A DNA stretch of 64,000 nt from Eledone cirrhosa. Its lineage: Eukaryota. The stretch is from contig OZ024743.1 in NCBI GenBank assembly GCA_964016885.1, forward strand, positions 125,922,001 through 125,986,000. The letters are read 5' to 3'. This document shows positions 1 to 11,218 of the stretch, one piece after another; within the stretch, counting starts at the first letter, position 1, and each line of letters begins with the position of its first letter. The position numbers were made by a program, and so were the translations under genes. Under the pieces are notes generated by a model. The model saw only the letters and a list, made by a program, of their open reading frames with translations, had not been told where the DNA came from and searched no databases.

Positions 1-17
1 AGAGAAGTATAAAAAGA

Positions 18-165
18 ATTGACCCAATTAGTGGACTGATAATGTATTTATTGACCCCAAAAGGATGAAAGCCAGAACAAATACTGATTTTAAAAAAAAA
101 TTTTTTTTTAAAATTTAAATTTTTTTTTTATCCAACACTCTAATGATCTTGCTAACTTGCTACCT
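18..165 (-). mobile_element. Degenerate copy of SINE family A
   Basis: Contains ttgaccccaaaaggatgaaag and tccaacactctaatgatcttgctaac, matching better-preserved copies at 8708-8877 and 19928-20106. Confidence 0.4.
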
Positions 166-3100
166 CGCAGCCAGACTTCTTCAAACGTCTAAAGACTTTT
201 CTGGGAACGTCCCGCTCCTTGCTTTTAGCGGGGGACTGGAATGGAATCCTAGATGCACGTTGGGACTATGTGGGAGCATGTCCCGATAAAGGGGGGTGTA
301 ACATCCTCAAACAGTTTTCGGCCGATTTGACCTGGCCGATAGATATCGACTAGATTTTCCGACTGTGCCACTGTGGACGTGGACCATCTAGATCGTACCT
401 AGATAGGGTTCTAGTTAGAAATAAGGATAGGGACATGTTAAGCTGTCCAAAAATGTTCATGGTTGCCTATTCAGATAACAAACTAGTGACCTGCATGGTC
501 AACCTTGATAGAACCCATAGACAAGGACCCGGCTACTGGAAGCTGAACTTGTCATTACCGACATGCAAAGCCTACAGTAGACAGATTAGCACTTTAGTTA
601 AACAGCACTTGACAGGGGCCATTGTCAACAACAGATGGTGGTACTCTCTCAAGAGGGCAGTTAGATTAGACTCGTTAGTTTTTAGTAAAGAATTAGCGTT
701 AGATAGAAATAGAACCGCGAAAGAACTGGTAGATAAAGTAGAAGTGGCAACGTAGCCAGCGTGCTAGCAACGAGAACGGCCTTGGACCAGTTCTTCGACG
801 CAAAGCATGAGAGCTGCGTTGTCAGAAGCAAAATACGTGCTCTGGGAAACAAGGGAGCCAAAGCTGTTAGCTGGGCCCGAGTGACGGAGGCAAAAAGTGG
901 CAACAAGTCCACGATTTGGTCTTTGAAGGACCAAAACGAACGCGTGATACGTGAGCCGAAGCAGATGTGTGCGGCCTTTCAGCGGCACTTTGCTCAGCTG
1001 TTCGGGCACGCCGGGAGGGGCTATGGATTTCGGTCCATATCTCGACGGCCTACCGCGACTCTCGGACAGCGAGGCAAAGTTCTGCGAAAAGCCGATTTCA
1101 GCCAGATAGGGGACGCGTTGAGCCAATGCGGCAAACGCAAATCCCCAGGTCTCGATGGTCTACCCTACGAATTTTACGTAGCAATGCCAAACTTATTCTC
1201 CGGTCTCCTGGAAGCGGTCTACTGCAACTGGCAACAGAACGGGAGATCTCCTAGTTCTGTGACCGGGGGCGTAGTCACACTAGTCAGGAAGGACGAGAAT
1301 AAGGAGGATGACATAGGCAACTTCCGGCCCATAACTCTGCTAAACACAGAGTTACAGATTTTGGCCAAGGTGTTGGTAAAGAGGCTGGCGCTTGTCGTTG
1401 AGAACCTGGTGGGAGAAGCGCAGACATGCGCAATCTCGACCAGGTCCATACACGACAACCTCCACCTCATGCGATACATCATAGAGAGGGTAGGGTGTAA
1501 ACCCGGCTTCGGTGGGGCCCTGATCAACTTGGATCAGTCTAAGGCTTTCGATAGGGTTGACCATCGTTACCTGGATGTGGTGCTCGAGGCGGCAGGCTTC
1601 GGACCCGTGTTCAGGGGCTGGATTGCTGCAATGGATAACAGCAACATCTGCTCAAGGGTTAAGGTGAATGGCTACCTCTCGGAGCTGTTCCATATCATGC
1701 GATCCATTCGACAGGGATGCCCTCTCTCCTCCCTTCTGTACGTATTGACTCTCGAGCCACTACTGCGGAAGATGGAGTTATTGCAGGGCATCCCTCTGGA
1801 ACCGGGACTGCGGAAAGTGGCGTCGGCCTATGCCGACGATGTGACAGTAATGGTGTCGAGCGCCTCGCAAATCGAGGAAGTCGGCACCTTACTGAAGGAA
1901 TACGAGAGGTTCACAGGAGCGAAGCTGAACCAGGACAAGTCCATCGGTTTGCAACTCGGATCGTGGAGAGGCAGATCGATGCCTTCCGATGGCGTCGTCG
2001 GATGCTAGACGGAAGGACCAGTAAAGCTGCTCAGGGTCTGGTTTGGTCCGGACCTCCAGGTGGTGAACAACTGGAACGAGGTATCGGCCAAGGTGTTTGC
2101 ACTCACCCAGAAGTGGGCCGAGTGCAAACTATCCTTGAAAGGTCGAGTGGAGGTGGCGAACACTTTTATAGCGTCCGCCATCTACTACCGCTTGACCGTC
2201 GTGCCTTGCCCAGCCAAAATGGAGCGCGCGCTCTTCCAATTCCTTTGGAAGAGGTGGGCTCCTTTGGTGAGAAGATCCATCTGCTGCCAACGCCCTTCCA
2301 ACGGAGGGCTGGAGATGCCGTGGCTGACGATGCGCAAACACGCGCTCAGGCTGCAGCATCTCTACATATTCCTCACCGGACAACCGGTGTGGGCCCCGTT
2401 CGTGAGGTGAGCTTTCCCACAACTCGTCTTGCTGACCGAGCTACAGTCCTGGGACAAACAAAGACCGAGGAAAATGGGCGACTGGCACATCGAATGTGCT
2501 CAGGCGTTCACAGCCCGGCGATCAGTGGAGACTCCACTTCATCATTCTATAGAGGGTTGATCCGCAGCAAGTGTGACGACGTGCTCGGTGAAACTCTGGG
2601 TGGGCGTAGAGGAAGACAAACTGGCCAGTCTGTTCGGTAGGACCTTCTGCCCGGGACCGATGGACAACTTCCAAAAGTCCCTGGCCTGGCAGTGCTACCG
2701 AGGAGCTCTACCAGTTCGAGAAAGGCTCTAGAGACATGGGCGCCCGGGCAGGGACCTTGCAAAAAAGATCTGTTCGAGGTGCGTGCGAGACGAAGAAACC
2801 GTCGCGCACGCATTCATATACTGCCCGGGCGTCACCGACCTGTGGGGCTATGTAGAACGACTATTGTCGCGGGTGGGACCAATCCGGTTGACCACCGAGT
2901 CCATTGTCATGATCAAACCGCCACCCTCCTTCTAAAACAAAGGAGAGGCGGTTTCTTTTGTGTGATAGCTATGGCGAAAGAGGTTGTATGGTGGACAAGG
3001 TTGAAAGGGCTGAGGTCAGACACCTTTCTCTCCGGCCAACAACTGATTCTTTTTTTCAAATACCACTTTGGAAGAAGAATCAGGATGGAGAGAGAGGTGC

Positions 3101-3425
3101 TGTACCCCAGCAAGTTTTATGAAAGGTGGGTGAAAGTGGCGAGAATGGCCCGAGTGAATGGGCCTTCTCTCTTTATCACCCTGTAGGTTGAGGAAAAAGA
3201 GGAGGAGAGGAAAGGAGTACAAACTCTTCGTACTCCTGAAGATGAGGATTGCACATTTTTTTTGGGGGGGTATGTGTTACCCATATGAAATGTCTCCCCC
3301 TATTGGGGAAAATCGACTAATTTTTAAATTACATTTGTGATAATATTTTACACGTTTTTATTGTATGTAAACTTCCCCCTTTGTATTTGTCCCCTTCTTT
3401 TGTGCCCCTGTGGCTAATAAAGAAA
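166..3425 (+). mobile_element. Tx1/L1-clade non-LTR retrotransposon, 5'-truncated ORF2 pseudogene (APE endonuclease, RT, C-terminal CCHC)
   Basis: Endonuclease motifs LAGDWN (232-243) and GPGYWKLN; RT motifs KSPGLDGLP, NFRPITLLN, DQSKAFDRV, RQGCPLS, YADD; Tx1-typical LSLKGR and GGLEMP; CSRC-X8-H-X4-C zinc knuckle at 2771-2824; several stops and frameshifts; AATAAA at 3416-3421; GC-rich against the background. Confidence 0.9.
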
Positions 3426-6056
3426 CATATCTATAAGTATAGCTGTATATTTAAATTATTTAGTTTACTTTAACCTGTTGATTGCTGCGTATATTTCACA
3501 CAGCTAGTTGCTGTGCCGGGGTTTTTTTTTCAAACATTTATTAACAACACCTATCTGAATGATTGACAAACGTCACATCAATAAACTAGTAGTAGCTTTG
3601 AAGTTATGAACTGTTGGAAATGAGTTCAAACATATTAGGGCGAGTAATCTTGTTTGTAGCACTGGAATGCATACATGTTAGGACGAGTTATCTTGTCTAC
3701 GGCACTCAAATGGTTAGTCAACACAAATATTGAATTTAAAAAAAATCTTTTTCTTTAAAATAAGGGTGTCATTTATTCCAAAAAATATGGTATTTGTTTT
3801 ACTGTTATTATCATGATCATAATTTAATGTCTACTTTTTCTGCTAGCAAGTGTTGAACGGGTCACCACAAACCAAGTTAGTACTTAATTGGAGCTATTGA
3901 TCTCTTAGATGAGTTGAGAGATGTATCTCACTTACATATTATCCTACACCTCACAGTGTGCACTGGATGCAATTTATCATGGCATCAGCACTAGGGAGAT
4001 CATTATGTCTTTGACACAACTGAAGATATTTTTTTCTATGAAAAAACATTTTCTTCAAAATAAAGGTGTGTCTTGTTTTACTGTAGTTTAAGGACAACTT
4101 TATTGTCATATCAAGCCAGGATGTTAATGTGGCCTTAACATAAAAAAGCTTAATGGTTTTATATTTCATCACCAATGGCATGTTGTGTCAGTGACTAAGA
4201 TATGTAATTTATATACTCATGTATAAGTAGAACTGGTAGGTAAGCTGCACCTACATTCTACATAGAACATTTACAATGTATCATATATTTTAAGATGCAT
4301 GATAATTTTTTTTATGTTGTATTTTTGTAGAAAAAGTTCTATTTATGCACAAATAAATATGGTAATTCTCAATTGTTTAGACACTCACTATACATAAGTA
4401 CCACGAAAATTAGAGCTATCTGCTTTAAGCATTATAGGTTCTATAAATGGTGATTGTTCTGATAGTTCAATTCCTCCTATAGTTGAAAATCTATTATAAA
4501 CATGTATCTTCTATAAGGGAAAAGGTATTTGCCAGCTGTTTAATTCTTTGAAACCTGGTTAAACTGCTGCACACTATGGTACCTTCTAGGAGTGATAATA
4601 GGCAAAAAGAAAACAAAAGAAATATTCACAGAAAGCTAAACTACATGATTTATGATATTTAGTTTGGTTCCTTATATTTCTGAGATTGCATCCCCCTTCA
4701 GAGTAACATTTCTTTTCATCACTTTTGGTTTCAAACTTTTACATTACCAAAGGCTCCTTTTATTTAAATGAATTTTGTCACAGACCCACATCTCCCTCCC
4801 AAGAATAACAACCAAAAGAGAGAATAAAGGATACAAAATAGTGTGCCCATATACATTTTTTTAACAAAGTACTTGAAATGGACCCCTAATACCCCCCATT
4901 TGCAGAGCTCCCCCACCTCTCCAAGTTGGGAATGCTGCTTTAAATGTTGATAGAATGCTGCTTTAAATGTTGATAGAATAAGTTTCACGGGGACAGGGAA
5001 GTCTATTTAATTGGCTATATACTATACCATTATAAAAAGGGTTTTGTACCTATTGAGAAAATACTTATCTACTATAGTGGCCTGCATCTTCCCGTCAATT
5101 GATAATGGTATTAAGAAGGGCATGAGCTTTAAAAATTCAGATGCTCTTTTACCTATGCATGCAAAACTTTTCATATAACAAAATCTTTGCATGTATAGTT
5201 GTGGAAAGTGCCATGATGTAGCAAGGTATTTGACAAACAGTCCTTGACCTGATTGCTATTTCCAGTTGGAATCATTTAACTTAGATTACCAACACCCTTA
5301 GAAAAGATATAAATGTCACAACTTCCTGTATAAATGTGTGGCATCAGGTGCCTATGCAAGAAATCCTTATTTGTACAGTCTTGTCCTTAGTGAATAAGTT
5401 AGAGGGAGGGAGCTGTTTTATCTGTCAAATAGCAAAACATTGAGTGAAGTGTTTACCTTATCATTCACTATAATGACCTCACTTGTTTCACACTATAGAC
5501 TATATTTGTAATAATTGATATAAATAGTAAACTGGTTGCTGGATGCCTCAATATCATAGCTTTAATAGCCAAATATGTGAACAGCTTTGCTAAAAAACAA
5601 GCAGTTCATTAAACAGGCAGGTCTTCTGTCTCCTTCTCATCCTTTCACATTGAAACATAAAACTGAAATAACCCTAGATTACATTAAATACCCTAATAAT
5701 TGGATGTAGTTTATAAATGCTTGTGTATCAAATGTTTTAAAATACTCTTTTGTTATAACTAATTGTTTTGGTTGCTTAGATAATAGATAATAAAAAAAAA
5801 ATGAGTGGTAGATGCTAGCCCTAGGAAACCAACTAAATGTTTTATTCTAATATTTGATGTGGTGTATGAAATTTTTGAGGTCAAATCTTCCCAGAGTTAG
5901 TTTTGTACTTCAGTGTTGTTGATAGGATATTGCCAGTAGTAGACCTCTAGGCTAGTCAGCTAACTTTAACTCTTTCTTTTACAACAATACTCAATCCACC
6001 ATAAAGAAATGATAATATTTTGTCTGAATTTCTGATAATAGTACAGTCAGTATAAG

Positions 6057-7662
6057 CATCATCATCATCATACGTCCGCTTTTCCCTGCTTGCAAGTGTG
6101 GGACGGATCCTATTCAGCACAGCATCTCTCCACTTGTCATGGTCCTTCGTCATTTCCTCCGTGAGCTTCAGCAATCTAAGGTCTGCTCTCACCACCTCCG
6201 CCCATGTTTTTCGTGGTCTTCCTCTACTGCGTCTTGTTTCTACTGGCATTTCTTTGCACTTCTTTACCCAGTGGTCATCCCCCATGCGCATCACATGTCC
6301 ATACCATCGCAGTCTTCTCTCCCACACATTACAACTTATCCCTCATAAACACAGTTTCTCTCTCAACTCATTCATCCAACGGAGCATGCTTGCTTCATAT
6401 CTCTCCAGCCGTCGCATATCCTCTGCAGTTGCTGCCCGTCTCACTACCATGCAGCATCGCGCATCTCACACAGGCATCATATAACTGGTCTTTCGTACGC
6501 AGGGAGAAAACCTTCTTTGTCAGCAGAGGAAGCAGCTCCCTAAACTTCTTCCAACCTGTCCTTATTCTAGATACTATGGCCTTGGAACACCCCCTCCCAT
6601 GCTAATCTGATCACCTAGGTACTGGAAGCTATCAACCACTTCTATAGAACCTACCTGCATTTGAAAAATGTGTCTGTCAATGCGACTTCTACTGTCAAAT
6701 TTCCCTGTACATCTATTGCATACATATTTTCCCCTACCTGTTAGTTTGCCTGCTATCCCACTACATCTCTTGTGTACCCAAGATCTGCATTGTGTACATT
6801 TTATGGAATTTATGCCAGTTCCTTTTCTGCATATTGAACATGGCCATTTCCCTGACAGAATCAGAGTTTTGTCCTCTTTTCTACTTATCAACACTTTTGT
6901 CTTAGCTAGGTTCACTCTCAGTCCTCTTGATTCCAACTGCTGCTTCCATAGCCAGAATTTATTCTCTAGCTCCTCTACTGATTCTGCTATAAGAACCAGA
7001 TCGTCAGCATAGAGAAGTTCCCATGGGCATCCAGTCTTAAACTCCTCTGTTATGGCTTGGAGGACTATAATGAACAAGAGCGGGCTGAGGACCGAACCCT
7101 GATGTACTCCTACTTGTATCTGGAATTCCTCACTAAACTCCATTCCTACTCTCACTTTACTGACAGCACCTCTGTACAAAGCTTGCACTGTCCTCACAAG
7201 CCATTCCTGAATCAACACCTAGTTTTCTTAGGGACCACCAGATGACAGATCAGGGTACCCTATCAAAGGCCTTCTCTAGGTCAACATAAGCTAAGTATAG
7301 TGGCTTATTCTTCTCTAAGAACCTCTCTTGTAGTTGTCTCACTAAGAAGTGGGCATCTGTTGTACTTTTCCCAGACACAAAACCAAACTGCATCTCATCT
7401 AGTTAGTTGCGCTAATATCCTTTCTGCCACTTTTATAACCTGATCCATCAGTTTTATGCCTCTATAATTGCTCCTCTCCAGAGCATCCCTTTTACCTTTG
7501 TAGCACTTTATTAGAATACTGCTGCACCAGTCTTTGAGTATGATTCCACCATATATAACTTGATTGACGGTGTGTGCAACCAGTTTAGTACCTACTTCTC
7601 CTGATGCCTTCAGCATCTCAGCAACTATCCCCGATGGTCCAGCTGCCTTACCATTTTTCAAT
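6057..7662 (-). mobile_element. RTE-clade LINE, 5'-truncated and disrupted (copy 1)
   Basis: ORF pieces 7395-7661, 6574-7218 and 5956-6327 give [50 protein letters not shown]; 3' end in (TGA)n repeats. Confidence 0.93.
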
Positions 7663-7704
7663 CATTTGTTAAATATTGTGAGTTCAATCCTTGGGTTAGT
7701 GTAT

Positions 7705-7945
7705 CTATATATACTCTAATTTAAACAGAACAAGCAACCAACATCACAAGTTACTACAATAATTAATACAAGGATACAATGGCATGAGATTAATATACTC
7801 CATGGTTTGAATAAGGAGTTTAGTTTAAAATTCTGAGAACATTACCATATATGACAGGCACCTGAAGAAGGCCAGAGGATACAATGGTCAAAACGTTGTG
7901 AGTATAACAATGAAGGTAGGGACAGTTCATATCAGAAATTATTAC
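7705..7945 (+). mobile_element. Probable Penelope-like element remnant carrying a degenerate hammerhead ribozyme (7858-7900)
   Basis: CAC-CTGAAGA-A-GGCCA...TGGTC-AAAA-CGTT-GTG; GAAA core changed to AAAA; palindromic AACGTT stem III of the minimal type. Confidence 0.45.
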
Positions 7946-8374
7946 AATTTATCAGTTTTTACAGAGGCATATACATATATATATAGTGGAGCTATATAAA
8001 TATATATATGTTTTTAACATGAGCATTAGTTTTACCATAGACTTTTAGTTTATTTATGTTACTTTTAATTATATCTCTTCAGGCTTTCCTGGATTTACCA
8101 TCATTCTGAATAATTGCTGTCCACCAGTTCCTGGCGTCTGTTCAATCAGGTATTTTCCTTTTGTTTCTTTCCAAATGTTACAAATCCTTTATTGATGCTA
8201 CTTAACATTACTCTTCTCCTGAAATTTACTTTAGCCATTTTGATACCAAACTGCCTGAAACCCCCCTGGTTCGACGATATAAAAATTTATTTGAAAGTCT
8301 TTATATCTATCTAAAACCCTTTTATAGAACTATGTAAGGATTTTTGTTGAGTTCCAAATAACATCTTAATAATG

Positions 8375-8590
8375 GTTTCTTATATAAGCACAAGGCCAAC
8401 AATTTTGGGGAAGGGGAAAGTTGATTAACTCGACCCCAGTGCATGACTGGTATTTTATTTTATCAATCCCATAAGGATGAAAGGCAAAGTTAACGTCGGC
8501 GGGATTTGAACTCAGATCATAAAGGTCTGTAATTCTATGCTGCAAAGAATGGCGTCCGACCCTCTACCGATACTGCCAATCCACCATCCT
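8375..8590 (-). mobile_element. tRNA-derived SINE family A
   Basis: Minus strand has A box TGGCAGTATCGG, B box GAGTTCAAATCC and the conserved body ctttgcctttcatccttatgggattgataaaataaaatacc. Confidence 0.8.
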
Positions 8591-8707
8591 TTGGGCCATG
8601 ATTAAGTTGATTAAATTGACCCAAGTTCTTGACTGTACTATATTTTATTGACCTTGTGAGGATGAAAGTTAACTTTGGCAAGATTTGAAGAAAACTACAT
8701 CTTAATA

Positions 8708-8877
8708 ATTTTCTATTTTTGGCACAAGGCCAGCAATTACCCAGTACATTTTATTTTATCGACCCCGTAAGGATGAAAGACAAAGTTGACCTCAGCGGGA
8801 TTTGAACTCAGAATGCAAAGGGCCGTAACTCTATGCGTCAAAGTATCACGTCCTATCCTCTACCGATACTGCCAAAT
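8708..8877 (-). mobile_element. tRNA-derived SINE family A
   Basis: Same A/B boxes and body as 8375-8590 and 19928-20106. Confidence 0.8.
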
Positions 8878-9088
8878 GAGACTTTGTTATGATATGTTCA
8901 AAACATCAACTTAATAACAAGGAAGTTATATTACTAAATTCATCTAAATTCTTGATTATTTTCAAAATTAATAAAAAAAAATCATAGGCAGTGTTTTTCA
9001 TTAGAAATATGATAATGAAAGGGTTAAATATGCAAAAAGAAAAATAGATAAGTAAATTCTTGGTTTGTGATTTCCACTTTAAAAAAAT

Positions 9089-9147
9089 TGCGGTGCCCCA
9101 GCATGGCCTCAGCCGGATGGCTGAAACAGGTAAAAGAGTAAAAGAGA
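9089..9147 (+). mobile_element. 3' tail of a 5'-truncated SINE/LINE (ggtgccccagcatggcc...ctgaaacaggtaaaagag)
   Basis: Same tail at 55355-55405 (+) and 10950-10990 (-); ends in short taaaaga repeats. Confidence 0.55.
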
Positions 9148-9379
9148 GCCGTTTAAAGGATTATGTTAAACCACAGGTAATTGATTTAAAGCCAGAGTAA
9201 TTTACTTGGTTATATATTTTAGTATTATTTCTAATCGTAGATTAATACTAAATAAAGCCACTTACATAAATTGTGATTAAAAAAATTTACGAATATTATC
9301 TGTTGACTATTTCTCAGTCAGAAATGAAATGCTTATTAAATCATTATTAAGAGAGAATTTTAGATTTGTACTTAAGATA

Positions 9380-9540
9380 TGGCAGCAAATTGGCAGAATC
9401 GTTAGAACGTCGGATAGAATGCTTTATGGTATTCGTTCTGGCTCTCTGCTCTCTGAGTTCAAATCCTGCCGAGGTCATCTTTACCTTTCATCCTTCCGAG
9501 GTTGATAATAAAGTACCAGTCTAGTACTGGGGTTGATTCT
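9380..9540 (+). mobile_element. tRNA-derived SINE family A (diverged subfamily)
   Basis: TGGCAGAATCGTTAG A box, GAGTTCAAATCC B box, tacctttcatccttccgaggttgataataaagtaccag body. Confidence 0.75.
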
Positions 9541-10004
9541 TCCTCTATATCTCTTTCTCATTTCCACTTTCTCACTTTCTCTGGAAGAAATCTGCTGTAC
9601 TCAGGCCTGGAGAGGAATAGGCATCGCTAGGCTTAAAATACCCAAGAATCAAAATTATTTGGAAATTATAAGTAGTGTCTTTCATTAGAAATGTGATATT
9701 AAAATGGTTAAAACACCCAAGAAACCTTCTTTGAAATTCAACCTCATAGGGGTCTCCTGCTAAACTTACACAGATCTGAGCCATAACAGCAACAACAACA
9801 AATTATCTAATTTTATTTCCAAAGATTATGTTTAAATGATTGACTTAAATGATGTAAGTTAAAATGCTGCCACTTAACTTTTCTTACTTTTGTCAACCAA
9901 ACTGAAAATTCACAGTTCACTGCTTTCTAAAAAGAAAGATATCCAGCTGTACAAATACTTGTATCAACAGTTTATGTGCAAGTATCTAAATTTTGAGTAC
10001 CATC

Positions 10005-10318
10005 CCACCAGTTGGACCGTCGTTTGTTATGACGATGAGTGTTCCAGTTAATTGAATAACAGAACGGCTGCTTAAGAAATTAACATGCAAGTGGTTAAGT
10101 AGGCCACTGACATAGTTCTCAGGGAGATTCAGCACACATTGTGTGACAAAGCTGGCCCTTTGAATTATAGATACAACTCATTTTTGCTAGTGGAGTAGAC
10201 AGGAGCAATATGAAATAAAGTGTCTTGCTCAAGGACACAATGCAACACCAGGAATCAAACTCATGAGCTTACAATTATGACCCAAACACTCTAACTACTT
10301 AGCAACAGACTTTCACAT
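10005..10318 (-). mobile_element. tRNA-headed CORE-like SINE (family B)
   Basis: Minus strand reads gagtttgattcc (B box) then gtgtccttgagcaagacactttatttca, like the CORE-type domain at 35419-35764. Confidence 0.65.
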
Positions 10319-10526
10319 TCCACTATTGAGTGACTAGCAATGAGTGTAAAGTAATGATAATTAAAAATGTACCATATTTGTTGTTTATAAATTAACATTT
10401 AAGTCAAATTCATTTCTGGCTTGTTACTTATCTGATGTAATTACTGTAAATTAAAATTTTCATCACAGATTAAGATCGGCATAGTAGCGTCAAGTGCTAC
10501 AGCTAAGAATGTTGAAAAATCTACAA

Positions 10527-10693
10527 GCACAAGGCCAGCAATTATCCCAGTGCATTACTAGTGCTTTATTTTATTGACCCCGTAAGGATGAAAGGCAAAG
10601 TTAATCCTGCCGAGGCTAACTTTACTTTTCATCCTTACGGGGTCGATAAAATAAAGCACCAGTAATGCACTGGGATAATTGCTGGCCTTGTGC
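10527..10693. repeat. Fold-back inverted repeat made of SINE-A 3' sequence (77-bp arms, 13-nt loop)
   Basis: 10527-10603 is the reverse complement of 10617-10693 with 4 mismatches. Confidence 0.95.
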
Positions 10694-10821
10694 CCAAAGT
10701 AGAAACAATTACTAATTTTGAGAAAGCCCATTATTTTGATAATTCTAAAGATTAAATGAGATATGAAACTGTTCATCATTCATATTATCAAATTAACATA
10801 TGTTCCTCAAAGGTAGCTAAA

Positions 10822-11218
10822 TTAACCCTTTCATTACCGGAATTTTTGTGAAAGACAGTTTTTCAAATAATTTTTAAAGTACTCCAGAATTTGGAAGGAC
10901 TTAGGAAAACAATTTTCTCAGTATTAACCTGGTTTTTCTTCTTTTCTTCTTTTTCTTTTACTGGTTTCAGTCATTAGACTGTAACCATGTACATGTGCAC
11001 GCCCCCCCCCCCCCAACCACAATATGCTTCTGCAGTTTCAACTCACAAGGCAACATGAGTATATAGTTGAAGATACTTTCTTAGAGCATAATTTAACAAA
11101 GATCTTACATAAAATTATGACGGGGTAAATGTTTAGATAAATATAAACACTCTAAAATAAAATTTTGTGTTGTAGAACAAGTGGCAGATTCAGGTGGGTT
11201 TGTTATTAAAAAGATTAA
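10822..11218 (+). mobile_element. piggyBac-like MITE family M1 with an internal SINE fragment
   Basis: TTAAccctttcattacc start, aaagaTTAA end; body similar to 33683-33902 and 19875-20260. Confidence 0.6.

Larger units (their letters stand above)
8230..9027 (-). mobile_element. piggyBac-like MITE (family M1) interrupted by nested SINE-A copies
   Basis: Ends aaagggTTAA (9018-9027); body matches the other M1 copies; 13-bp direct repeat acatcttaataat at 8361 and 8697 flanks an inserted SINE block. Confidence 0.6.

Noticed and set aside
682-3222. Alternative-frame and antisense ORFs over the Tx1 element (e.g. 1717-2640, 307 aa)
   Set aside because: Shadow ORFs of GC-rich LINE sequence; only short parts carry the frameshifted ORF2
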